The position numbers and the translations under genes were made by a program. Of a DNA stretch of 64,000 bases, positions 40,649 through 50,800 are shown in pieces. The stretch lies in contig CAWIAD010000001.1 in NCBI GenBank assembly GCA_963833985.1, positions 2,368,001-2,432,000 of the forward strand, written 5' to 3'. Origin of the DNA: an uncultured Planctomycetaceae bacterium. Its GTDB lineage: Bacteria; Planctomycetota; Planctomycetia; Isosphaerales; Isosphaeraceae. Positions within the stretch are counted from its first letter, which is position 1; every line of letters begins with the position of its first letter. Below the pieces are notes generated by a model. The model was not told where the DNA came from and did no database searches. It worked only from the letters and a program-made list of their open reading frames with translations.

Positions 40649-41557
40649 ATGCCTGGGCACGGCCGGATGTGGGCGATCTGGATCGTGCTCGCTCACGCGG
40701 GGCTGGTCTGGGCGGGCGGGGCGGAATCGGCTTTTCCGGAAGCTTCAGCGCGCGGGCCGGAACTGCAAGCGATCGCTCCGGGCACGGTGATCGGCGACCA
40801 TGAACCACCGGGCTGGACGCACCTGGTCATCAAATCGATCCCGCGGCTGGCTTCCGGCGACCTGTCCACCCTGCCGCAATCAGCATTTCGCACGGCCACA
40901 CTGTTCCGCACCGTCATCCTGGCCGACGTCCGCGCCAGGGCGGACGAGCCGTCGCGCTTCGAGCTTCGCCGCATCGGCGTTGGACTCTGCGTGCCAGACC
41001 GCTCCCGTGCCGACGTCATGGTGGATTCGCGACACCTCGACGCGCCCGGCCTCGACCTCGGCCTGGTCGACAGGGTTGTGCTCCGCTCGGCCGAGGCCGA
41101 ACTGGCTCGCGGCAGGATCGTGATGTCGACGCCGACCTTCGCTCTTTACCGTGCGCCCACCCGGCTCCTGGAAAATGGAGTGCACCAGCAGGTGATCCTC
41201 ACTTACGCCTTCCTGGCCGACTGCCAGACAGGAGCACTCCAGGTGCTCCTCTGGTCGCAAACGGCCAGCAATCCCGGCACTCATGCTCCGAATGCAGTCA
41301 TTGAGCTGCCGCGCAATCTGGTCGACGACTGCCGGCTGAACGTGAAGGCGGACCGCCTGCTCGGTGCTCTTCCGGTGTCGTGGTCGTTCGCCATGGAGCG
41401 CCCGCCCGCGGGAGCGGCCCGGCCAGTCAGCCCTGAACTGGAGCCCCTGCTGATGAAGCCGGCGGCAGCGGTCCCGCCGCAGCTCATGGAACGAGCACTC
41501 TGGCGCGTGCTCAGCGCGACCCGGTCGGGGGTTGGGTCGACTTCGAACGCTCCTTGA
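40649..41557 (+). CDS. Hypothetical exported protein
   Basis: 302 aa ORF with a hydrophobic N-terminus and a plausible protein-like sequence, divergent from the PKS operon. No family recognised. Confidence 0.65.
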   Translation: MPGHGRMWAIWIVLAHAGLVWAGGAESAFPEASARGPELQAIAPGTVIGDHEPPGWTHLVIKSIPRLASGDLSTLPQSAFRTATLFRTVILADVRARADEPSRFELRRIGVGLCVPDRSRADVMVDSRHLDAPGLDLGLVDRVVLRSAEAELARGRIVMSTPTFALYRAPTRLLENGVHQQVILTYAFLADCQTGALQVLLWSQTASNPGTHAPNAVIELPRNLVDDCRLNVKADRLLGALPVSWSFAMERPPAGAARPVSPELEPLLMKPAAAVPPQLMERALWRVLSATRSGVGSTSNAP

Positions 41558-42425
41558 GCAGCTCGCGGCGCAGCTTGCGCACCTGGTCTTGGGCGACCGG
41601 TGCGAACTTGGAGCGGAGGATCGGGTTTCCCTGGAACCAGGCGTCCGGCTCGCTGAATGCCGCGTGTAGCTCTACCAGCAGGGCGCCCTCGAGATGCTTG
41701 AGCCGGCTGATCTTCGTGTAGCTCATGCCCCCAGAGTAAGCTTGCCATGCGCCGGGCTGGCCGCCACGCTCGAGTGTCCGCCAGCGGTTGGCCATCTTCA
41801 AGCCGGCATCAAAGGTCGCGGCGCTGCGGCTGGCAATCACCATTGATCCATCGCTGCGCGTAACAACGACCTCGTCAATCACCTGGAACTCGATGCGGTC
41901 GAGAATCCGGGCGTCCAGGCGAACGTACCCGATCGATTGGTCGCGCTCATGCCGGGTCGTCTTGCCCTGGGCCTTCAGCACTTCATTGCCGAGCATCCGG
42001 CTCTCGAACCGCATGTTGGCCGCTTCGACGGCCTTACCATTGGACTGGCCGGCGATCTGGAGCGCGTCAAGCCGATCCAGGTCGCCGCGGACCACGAACC
42101 AGAGATCAAGGATCCGCACGGTGGCTTCGTGAGTTTTCTGGTCTCGCACCTTCAAGAGGTAGGGCGCCGTGACCGAGTCGCGCAGCAGGTCCTTCAGCGC
42201 CGCTTCGGAGCCCGCCAATCCCCGGAGAGCCCCTCGCTGCTGGCTGGCATCCATTCCATCCGTCAGGATCGGGCCGGGGAAGGAAACCGTGGCGTCGCCA
42301 TCGCGAAACCCCGTCCGGAGCGTTTCAACGTAGACAGAATTCCGGGCGTGTGCCGGCTCGACGTGACCGCCGGACGGGTCCCGCATCAGCAGACACGCGC
42401 TCAGGGTCAAGAGGGTGAAGCCCAT
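41511..42425 (-). CDS. Hypothetical exported protein
   Basis: 304 aa ORF with a short hydrophobic N-terminus and a protein-like C-terminus 'EPDAWFQGNPILRSKFAPVAQDQVRKLRR'. Convergent with, and overlapping, the previous gene. Confidence 0.65.
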   Translation of the reverse strand: MGFTLLTLSACLLMRDPSGGHVEPAHARNSVYVETLRTGFRDGDATVSFPGPILTDGMDASQQRGALRGLAGSEAALKDLLRDSVTAPYLLKVRDQKTHEATVRILDLWFVVRGDLDRLDALQIAGQSNGKAVEAANMRFESRMLGNEVLKAQGKTTRHERDQSIGYVRLDARILDRIEFQVIDEVVVTRSDGSMVIASRSAATFDAGLKMANRWRTLERGGQPGAWQAYSGGMSYTKISRLKHLEGALLVELHAAFSEPDAWFQGNPILRSKFAPVAQDQVRKLRRELLKERSKSTQPPTGSR

Positions 42426-42555
42426 GTTCGGATTGTAGCAGCTTCAAGGCCCTTGCGGGCAAGTTCGGGACTCGTACAACCGATACAAACTGGCAAGGGG
42501 CGCAGGCCCTGCGCCGGTGGCAGGCTGATTCCTGGCTCACGGACCATTGCCATTC

Positions 42556-43651
42556 ATGGCCGGACTGCATCGCAGGCAAACGCTCCTGATATCGCTCAGC
42601 TTGCTGGCGCCACTGGTTGCCAGCGGCTGCCAGCATCCGTTCCCCGTGATGGGCTATTTTCAGGGGACCGCGAATGTGGCCGCGCAGGCGGACGTTCACG
42701 GCGAGATGTCCATCAAGCTGCCCCTGGCCGCCGATCCGGGACCAATGATCGCCTCGGTGATCCGGCAGGCCTCGCGCGGGCCGGTGGCGCCGCGGATCGC
42801 CCTGATCGACGTGGACGGGGTGCTTCTGAACCAGAACCGGGAAGGGCTTTATGACTCGGGCGAGAACCCGGTCGCGGTCTTCCGCGAAAAGCTGGAGGCC
42901 GCGGCGAGTGACGTCCGCGTGGCGGCCGTCGTGCTGCGCATCCATAGCCCGGGCGGTGGAGTGACCGCGTGCGATATCATGACGGCGGAGCTGGAGCGGT
43001 TCCGGGCCGCGACGCGCAAGCCTGTGGTCGCCTGCCTGATGGACGTGGCAACCTCGGGCGCTTATTACCTGGCACTTGGCGCCGACCGGATCGTCGCCCA
43101 CCCGACGTCGATCACCGGAGGGGTCGGCGTGGTCTTCAATCACGTCAATCTTCAGGACGCGATGGCGCAGCTCAACGTCGCGGACGATTCCATCAAGGCA
43201 GGGCCGCTCATCGATATGGGCAACGTCACCAGGCCGCTCGAGCCCGAGACGAAGCAGCTCTTGCAAGGCATGGCCGACGGCTTCCGCCAGCGCTTCGTCG
43301 ACCGCCTCGTTGCGCAGGCCGGCGCTCACCGGGAAGGATCGGCACACGATTGCCGATGGGCGCGTCGTCACGGGCACCCAGGCCCAGGCGCTGCACCTGG
43401 TGGATCGGCTGGGCTACATCGACGACACCCTGCGCGAGGCGGAACAGCTCGCGGCTGCAAACGATGCCGAGATTGTGCTCTACAGCCGCGCCGGCAGCCC
43501 GGCCAGGTCGCTCTATGCCATCGCTCCCAGCCCGCCCAGGCTCAGCGACGCAATCCCCTTCAGCTATCCCGGGCTCGACCGCACCAAGCTGCCGACCTTC
43601 CTGTATCTCTGGCAGCCCGACCCGACGCTGCCGCGGACGTCGCCACGGTGA
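42556..43651 (+). CDS. sppA: S49 family peptidase (SppA-like) lipoprotein, apparent frameshift ~43315
   Basis: Lipobox 'ASGC', 'LRIHSPGGGV', 'KPVVA', 'ATSGAYY' and 'SITGGVGV'. It continues in ORF 43076-43651 with 'DGRVVTGTQA..LHLVDRLG'. Confidence 0.8.
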
Positions 43652-44658
43652 GCGAGATGGTGGGAGCAGGTGCCTATCTGGAACCCCATCCCGGCGACTG
43701 GCCGGTACTGGTCACCGGTGCGGGAGGGTTCGTCGGCGGCCACATCGCCCGGCACCTTGCCCGGGTTGGCCATCGTGTCCGGGGACTCACCCGGAAAGCG
43801 CCGCATGTCCAACCGGACGATCCGGCCGTCGAATGGTTCCTTGGCGACCTGCGCGACCCGGAGACGCGCCACAGGGCCGTTCACGGAGTCCGCGGCGTGA
43901 TTCACACGGCCGGCTGGGTGAGCCTGGGTCGAGATCCGCGTGGGCTCAGCCAGGCGATCAACGTCGACGCCACCAGGCACCTGCTCGAGATCGCCCGGCG
44001 TGCGGCAGTGGAGCGGTTCGTGCTCACGTCCACACTACACACGCTGGCCGCGGGCACACTCGAATGCCCCGCCGATGAGGCCACACCGTGGAACCTGGCG
44101 TGCGTGGACTCGCCCTACGCACGCTCGAAACGCCATGCCGAGATGCTCGTGCGGCAGGCGAATGACCAGAAGGGCAGTTTCACCACGGTCGTGCTCTGTC
44201 CCGGCATGATTCTGGGTGCACGCGACGTGAAGCCCACCTCGACTCAGCTCGTCCACGTGCTGGCAAGAACACGTGTCGCGCTGCTGCCGGGCGGAGGAAT
44301 TCCCATCCTCGATACGCGGGTCGCCGCGCTCGCGCATCGCCGGGCGCTCACGGCCGGCGAGCCGGGAGCGCGGTACGCCCTGGCAGGCCCTTATCTCGGC
44401 TATGTCGAGCTCGCCCGCCTGGTGCGCGCGCTGACCGGCCGCCCGCGCTGGATCGTCGACTTGCCCGATGGCCTCGAACGCCCGCTCCGGGCCGCCGCCG
44501 GCATGGTCGAGCGGATGTCCGTCGGCGGCGAGGCCTCGGCGACAACCGTCGCCGGTGGCTTCCTCCGGCTGCACGTCTCCGGCGCCCGGGCCGATGCCTG
44601 CTTCCATTTAGTCCATCCGCCGCCAATCGAGACCATTCGCACCGTGTTGGAATCATGA
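43648..44658 (+). CDS. NAD-dependent epimerase/dehydratase (dihydroflavonol reductase/HpnA-like extended SDR)
   Basis: 'VLVTGAGGFVG', 'VIHTAG', 'RFVLTST' and 'YARSK'. It starts at the GTGA overlap with the sppA stop, or at ATG 43657. Confidence 0.85.
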   Translation: MSEMVGAGAYLEPHPGDWPVLVTGAGGFVGGHIARHLARVGHRVRGLTRKAPHVQPDDPAVEWFLGDLRDPETRHRAVHGVRGVIHTAGWVSLGRDPRGLSQAINVDATRHLLEIARRAAVERFVLTSTLHTLAAGTLECPADEATPWNLACVDSPYARSKRHAEMLVRQANDQKGSFTTVVLCPGMILGARDVKPTSTQLVHVLARTRVALLPGGGIPILDTRVAALAHRRALTAGEPGARYALAGPYLGYVELARLVRALTGRPRWIVDLPDGLERPLRAAAGMVERMSVGGEASATTVAGGFLRLHVSGARADACFHLVHPPPIETIRTVLES

Positions 44659-45063
44659 CAACGTTGAACGTTGCTCGCACGACGCGACGGGTCGCCAGCG
44701 GCGTACGCCGCACCAGGCCGCCAGCAGGCAATGAAGCAGCACCGCGGGCCAGAGCGCGGGGCCAGCAACGTGCAGCGACCACCCGGCATGTGCAAGGATC
44801 GCGGTCGCGGCCAGGTTATAAATCAGCAGCCCCGAAACAATACCCGGGCAGGAACGGCCGCCCGTGACGTGACTGTCCACCAAGCAGGTGATACTGAGGG
44901 CCAGCAGCGCGGCCCCGAGAACTCGGCCGGCCAGGACCAGCTCCTGCGCCGCGGCTTCCAGTCCCAGAAGCAGCCTGAAGGCCAACCCGGGCAAAACAAG
45001 CAGCAAAAGGGCCGTGGCTCCCTCCACGAACGCCGTCAGCCTGAGCAGGTTCGCTGCCGACAT
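44653..45063 (-). CDS. Hypothetical small membrane protein (~4 TM)
   Basis: About 136 aa with four hydrophobic stretches ('GLLIYN', 'LWPAVLLH'). Confidence 0.7.
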   Translation of the reverse strand: MSAANLLRLTAFVEGATALLLLVLPGLAFRLLLGLEAAAQELVLAGRVLGAALLALSITCLVDSHVTGGRSCPGIVSGLLIYNLAATAILAHAGWSLHVAGPALWPAVLLHCLLAAWCGVRRWRPVASCEQRSTLS

Positions 45064-45138
45064 CACACTTCACTTTCGTGGCCAGTTCCAGCCTACCTGA
45101 TGCATCGAGCGCCTTCGGCCCGGGACGCTCAGCCTGGC

Positions 45139-47256
45139 TCAGGCCGGCCCGTCGTTGCTCACATAGAAAATGTGCTCGCGACCGTAGGGCGAATGCGTCG
45201 GCACATTCTCCTCGAGCCGGAACCGCCTGTGGTGCAGCGCGCGCACCAGGTCCGCTTTGCTGAAGTGGATCTCCGTGCGGGTCGGCGATTGCTGTGCGGA
45301 AGCGGGTGCCTTCTCCGTGGTCGTCCGCACGAACGGCGTATGCACCACCACGACGAGGCGGCGGCAGGATGCCAGGGCGTTACGCAGAATCAATTGCCAG
45401 CGTGCGTCGTGCTCCAGCACGTGCCTGAGCAGGATGCCGTCGGTCGTGGAGGTGTGGCATGATAGGTCGACGACCTGGTCGCAGGCGGCCGAGGGATCGC
45501 TGTCGATGCCGACGTAGCAGCCCGCGCGCACAAATCGCCTGAAGTAACCCGCTCCACACCCCCAATCCTCCACCCGGCCCGTTCCTGCAAGATAGCTGGC
45601 GGTGCGCTTGTACGTGGTATCGCAAGTCGATAGGGCAAGGCGATCCTGTGGAAGGACGTTGAGCGAGCGAGACGATACCTCGTTCCACCGCGAACGGGCA
45701 CTCTCCGCGAGCGCCGAGTAGTCCTGCCGCCAGTGAGGCTCCAGCTCAAAGCGTCCCCGCTGGCTCGCGGCCGCACCCAGAGCGTCATAAAAGCCCTGCA
45801 TGTCGCGCTGGCCGGAGAGATGGCAGGGGCTCACACCCCAGCGGTAAATGTAGAACCAGTCCGGCACGGAAAGCGGAGATGCGTCGACGCGACAGCGGAC
45901 GTTCGGATGCGCCGTGAGAAGCTCGTCCATCGCCGCGTCCTGGGAACCGGTGACCGCGGGATAGCCCTCGACGACCTGCCAGGCGCGACGGCGAAAGAGC
46001 GAAAGGTTGTGCCCCACGCCCATCGTGTGGTCCCAGTGCAGTCCGTCTCGGTCGAGGTACCAGTACTGGCGAGGATTGTCGTAGTCGTGGTCGCACAGAC
46101 GCTCGCGCAACAGGTCCAGGCGGTGCGGCAGGCTGATGTCGTCGTCTTCCCAGGGAGCGAGCAGGCTGCCGCCGGCCAGCCGCACCATGGCGTTGTACTT
46201 TTCGCCCAGGGTCGCATACCGCCGCGGCTGGTTCACCACCCGCACGCGAGGATGAGCCAGGACAATCTCCTGGGCGGGATCATCGTTCAAGATCAAGAGC
46301 TCGCTGTGTCTGTCGCTCTGGCGCAGGAACGCCTCGACCGACTCCTCCAGCAAATGCTGCCACGGTGTGCCGCAACGCCCGTAGGTCGGACACAGGCAGG
46401 TGATCAGCGGCGGCGTGCGATGAATGGCCGGCGCCCCCGGGCTGGCGAGCACGGCGTCCGCGTCGCTCTCGGCCCGCGCCATCTCGGACGGGCTGGCGAT
46501 GCCGCGAAAGTGCTCGAGCACGGAGGTCTCATTCAGGCCCAGCTCGCGATGGCCAATCAGGTAATTGGTGATACGATCGCGCAGCCGCAAGGGATAGGGA
46601 GCGCCTGAGGGACGCCCGAAACGATGGACCCAGCGCAGCCAGGGCACGCACAGGCAGCGCCTGCCGAGCTTGCGAAACTTTTCGTGAATGTAGCCCTCCT
46701 CGCCACCAAAACCGCGAAATGCCGGGTGGAAACCCGGCCAGGCGGCCTTGCGGCAGGAGAAGAGACCCAGCCCCTGCATCGGGATCTCGAAGGGTTGGGC
46801 CTCGATGTCGTCCCGTGCGCGTTCGTCGAGCGCCCACACGCCCCACATCTGCTGGCTCCAGACCGGCTCGAAATGCGAGCTGAGCCTTTCCAGGTCGTCG
46901 TCGACGAGAGGCCCTTGCAGCAGGTCCATGCAGCTCGGGTGTTCATGATAGAATCGCTTCAGCCGGGCCAGCACACCGGGCAAGAGCAGCACGTGGCTGT
47001 CAAGGCAGAGCACGTGCTCCGCTCGTGCCTCTCGGAAGACCAGATCGCGAGGGGCCGATGTGCCCACCGCGTGCGGCGCCAGCACGTATCGCCCGCCCGC
47101 GGAGCCCTCCACGAAACTCCGCGTGGTCTCACAGCCGAAATTATCCACCACCAGGATCTCCACGTCCTCCATGTCCTGGTAGAGCCGGAGACTCTGGATG
47201 GTGAAGTAAACTCCGTCGAAGTCGCGGTAGGTCGCCATTCCGACGGTCAGTTTCAT
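45139..47256 (-). CDS. Fusion protein: glycosyltransferase (GT2-like) + second GT2-like domain + class I methyltransferase-like domain
   Basis: Domain 1: 'LTVGMATY', 'ILVVDN', 'LCLDSH', 'GFGGEE'. Domain 2: 'ITCLCPTYGR', 'LILNDD', 'WEDDD'. Domain 3: 'VEDWGCGAG', 'YVGIDS', 'LRHVLEH'. Confidence 0.8.
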   Translation of the reverse strand: MKLTVGMATYRDFDGVYFTIQSLRLYQDMEDVEILVVDNFGCETTRSFVEGSAGGRYVLAPHAVGTSAPRDLVFREARAEHVLCLDSHVLLLPGVLARLKRFYHEHPSCMDLLQGPLVDDDLERLSSHFEPVWSQQMWGVWALDERARDDIEAQPFEIPMQGLGLFSCRKAAWPGFHPAFRGFGGEEGYIHEKFRKLGRRCLCVPWLRWVHRFGRPSGAPYPLRLRDRITNYLIGHRELGLNETSVLEHFRGIASPSEMARAESDADAVLASPGAPAIHRTPPLITCLCPTYGRCGTPWQHLLEESVEAFLRQSDRHSELLILNDDPAQEIVLAHPRVRVVNQPRRYATLGEKYNAMVRLAGGSLLAPWEDDDISLPHRLDLLRERLCDHDYDNPRQYWYLDRDGLHWDHTMGVGHNLSLFRRRAWQVVEGYPAVTGSQDAAMDELLTAHPNVRCRVDASPLSVPDWFYIYRWGVSPCHLSGQRDMQGFYDALGAAASQRGRFELEPHWRQDYSALAESARSRWNEVSSRSLNVLPQDRLALSTCDTTYKRTASYLAGTGRVEDWGCGAGYFRRFVRAGCYVGIDSDPSAACDQVVDLSCHTSTTDGILLRHVLEHDARWQLILRNALASCRRLVVVVHTPFVRTTTEKAPASAQQSPTRTEIHFSKADLVRALHHRRFRLEENVPTHSPYGREHIFYVSNDGPA

Positions 47257-47258
47257 GG

Positions 47259-47657
47259 CTATTTCCCAGGCTTGGTGGTATGCGGGTTTTGTGTGTTGGT
47301 TCCCTCCTCATCCGGTACGGCCATGCGGAAATAGCGGAGCGAGAAATGAGTCGTCGCGCCGGCGTCGTCGGTGACCGAGAGTATCGCGGTGTTGATGCCG
47401 CCCACGGTCTCGCAGCGATCGCCTCCCAGGTCGAACTGAAGAGATGTCGGATTCTGTCCCGTCACTCCGGTAAAGTCGCGTGCCTGGCCGTTGATGGACA
47501 GAGCTTGACCGGTGATCCGCTTCGCGGGAACGAACGGGTAGACCTCCACGCTAACCGGCATGGGTGTGCCGTCGATCAGAGTGTCGATCAGGTCGTCCGG
47601 ACCGGGGCTGAAGTAACGCGCCACCGGCGGACCGACAAGTCTCATGAGCGCTGGCAT
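47259..47657 (-). CDS. Hypothetical 132 aa protein, beta-rich and Thr-rich
   Basis: The ORF stop lies 2 nt from the GT start. Codon usage looks coding-like and no family was recognised. Confidence 0.6.
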   Translation of the reverse strand: MPALMRLVGPPVARYFSPGPDDLIDTLIDGTPMPVSVEVYPFVPAKRITGQALSINGQARDFTGVTGQNPTSLQFDLGGDRCETVGGINTAILSVTDDAGATTHFSLRYFRMAVPDEEGTNTQNPHTTKPGK

Positions 47658-47826
47658 GGAATCGGGCTCCTGGGTGCAAACGAACGTCTTGGGGGTCCGC
47701 CGAGGCGGAGGGCAGATGGGTACGACAAGGGCCGGGCCACGGACATGTTGCCGGCGCTCGTTCGCGAAGTCGCGGTGCGAGTGTACGGCACATCACCGCA
47801 CAATTCAACCATTCAAGCGAGCCTGA

Positions 47827-50800
47827 TCAGGGGACCGTTCGAGCCGGCCGAAAGCCGAGGTCGCCCCCCTGGCTCTGTGCTTCCATGGCCATGTCGTTTT
47901 CCGATTGCATCGCCAGCGGTCCGTGTCCGAACGCACCGCCGCGACCCGAGCGATTGTTCGCGTCGGTGACGACCGCCTCCGCATCCGCACTGGCTGGCTT
48001 GCCGGCGCCTGGCTCGATTCGAGGTTGGAACACCACTCCCAGGCATTGCCGTGCATATCGAACAGCCCCAGGTCGTTGGGACGGAGTTGCCCGACCGGGT
48101 GCAGCCGGCTCCAGGAGTTGCCGATGAACCAGGCGTACTTCGGGATGAGGTCTTCCGCCTCGCCCAGCGACCACCGCGTGTAGCCACCGGCACGGCAGGA
48201 GTACTCCCACTCCGTTGTCGTCGGCAACCGGTAGCCCTGGAGCCGGCAATAGCCGCGTTTCAGCTTCATCCCCGCAGCGTAGTTTCCCTGGGCGTTTGGC
48301 AGGTAACACCACTGGTCGCTGGGAATGCCCTCCTGAGCACTGAGCCAGTTGCAGTACGCGGCCGCGTCGTACCACGAGACGTTGTGCGCCGGGCAGTCGT
48401 CGGTCCTGGCGAAGTTTCCGTCGCGATTGAAGGTACCGCGGAAACGGCGAAACTCCGCCACCGTGACCTCCCGCGCGGCCAGTGCGAAACGATGATCCAC
48501 CAGGCACTGTTTTCTCATGTCCCGCTCGCCCGCCCCGCTCTGGAACTGCCCCACCGGAACCACGACCATTGTCTGGCCCTGCGAATTGACAAACCAGCCA
48601 ACCCCCGCCGGTTCGCGTGCGGCGCCGTCTCTCGGCGTCGGCGAGGCATCGCCGCCGGCACGGTGCTGCCCCCAATGCCGCAGGAGCCATTCCGCCGCGC
48701 TGTGCACACCGGGGTCGGCATCGTCCTGGAAGAGCTTTCTCACCTGCCCCGCGAGCCGTTGCCGCTCGGGCAAGGGCAAGCGGTCATCCGCGAACTCGCC
48801 AAGGGCCAGCAGCGCCGCCCGACGTATCGAGACATCGCCCTGCGCCGCCAGCAGAGGCTCAAGCCCCTTCGGTTCAGCCCCGCCAGAGCCCAATCGGTCG
48901 ATCAGGTAGCTGCGAACCGTGGGGTCGGGCGCGTGCCGCAGAAGTGGGATGGCAAGCCGCCACTGGCCGAGAGCCGCCAGCGCCACCGCGGCATCGGCCT
49001 GGCGGCGCTGAGCATCCAGCCGCTCGTCATCCCCAGCCTGCTGGACGCGCCGGCCGCTTGCCTCGTCCTCGAGGACCGAATAGGCGTTGGGCACGCCCTC
49101 GGCGTACGCGCCGAATAACACGGTGATGTTCCTCCGTGCCGCGGAATCTTGCCCAGACTCCAGCAGCAGCGTCGCCAGATGCGGGAGCAAGTGCATCCGG
49201 ACCGGCCGCAACGCATCTGCCCAGCGTCCAATCACCAGGCTGGGCTCGGCCGCCAGCCGCGCCGCCACTCCCGGGCTGATCGCTGGCCAGCGGCTGTCCT
49301 CCGGCGCATGGACCGCCAGCGCGCAGGCGGCTCGCAGACGCTCGCCGGGAAAGCTGCCGCTCGCCTCGAACACCTTCCAGAGGCGCGGAACGGCCTCGGC
49401 GGCGTGGGGCCTGAATGCCGCGCGGATCACAAGCACTTCCTGGGGGGATGCGGACAGCAGCCGGTCGCACAGGTAGCCCACCTGACTCTGGTCCACCGGC
49501 AAGAGCGCCAGGCTGGTGTGTAACCGGCGGCGTTCCTCACCGCTGGACTGCGCCTGGTTGTAGGCCGTGCGCAGATACCCGTCCACCCAGCCACGGTAGG
49601 GGGACATCTCGCTCACGATCTCCGGGACGTCCTCTGTGGCTGCCGAGAGCAGCAGGCCCATGAGTACCTGGGCACGCTGCCGGCGGTGGACCTCCCAGCC
49701 CACCAGCAAGGTCGCAATCAAACCGGCCGCGAGGAGCAGCCCCCAGGTTGTGTGGTGGCGCCCGGCGCGCAGCATCATGGCGCGCTGGGGAGTCGTCCAT
49801 TCGCGCTCACGGGTGTAGAGCCTCACGAACAGCCACTCCCACCACGGTGGCAGAAAGCGATTCTCCGGCCGGCCGCTCCATAATGCCGTGCGCTCCGCCA
49901 GCAGCAACGCGGCCCTCCCTCTTCGCGTCTCGCGCAGCTTTCTGTTCAGCCAGTCACGTAACGACGGAACCAGGTAATCATGGGTGAGCTGGTAGTACTT
50001 CATCGTTGCCGGCGCGGCGGTGTCCCCGGCGGCCGGCAGAGACTGCTCCGGATTGCCGGGAAGCCGCGGCACGACGGCCTGCCCCACCCCTTCGGGATCG
50101 GTCGGCGTGATCAGCCGCAGCTCGGTGTCCAGAAGGTGAAGCACGTTCTGGAAATTGTCGGGACGGCCGGCATAACCCGAGACAGCCAGCAGCTCGGTCT
50201 CGGATCGCATGTTCCCTTTGATGTCGGTTCCCGCCCCAGGCAGGAGCGATCGCAGGATTGCCTGCGCTGCTTGCTGGTGATAGCGGTGCTCCGGTGCCGC
50301 GCCGGAGGCGCTGAAGGTCTCTTCCAGGAAGGTGGCGCCAACGCCCAGCGTGCCTCCCACGCCGCGCAGCGAGGCCGACGTCCAGGGCCTCTCTTTCATC
50401 ATCTGTGCAAAGAGCGCCAGCCGGACGCAAATGACCTTGCCTTCCTGGGCCAGTCCGGCGACCGCTTGCTCCACGAAATGCTTTTGTTCCCGCGCCAGCT
50501 CGCCGGGGAGGTCCGGCAATGCGCCGAAGGCGCGGCCGAAGGACACAAGCACTTTCTCGGCGTGGCGGACCGGAAACAGGTCCACGGCCGCGGCATTCTT
50601 CCCCTCGATCAAGGGAAGCTCCAGCGCGCCCATGAACCGTGTCGCCGCCATCCAGAAATCGTCTCGCACCAGCACCAGGCACTGCACGCGGCAGCCGTCG
50701 CACTGGCGCAAGGCCTCGATCAGATCTCCCTGGGGAGACTCGCGCCTCGCATGCAGCCATTGCTCGAACTGGTCGAGCACCAGCACCAGCTTCTTGCCTT

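Noticed and set aside
42547..44658. 703 aa SppA-epimerase fusion in the ORF track
   Set aside because: It results from a 2-nt loss at ~43315. The SppA C-terminus is in another frame ending at 43651, and the epimerase has its own start.
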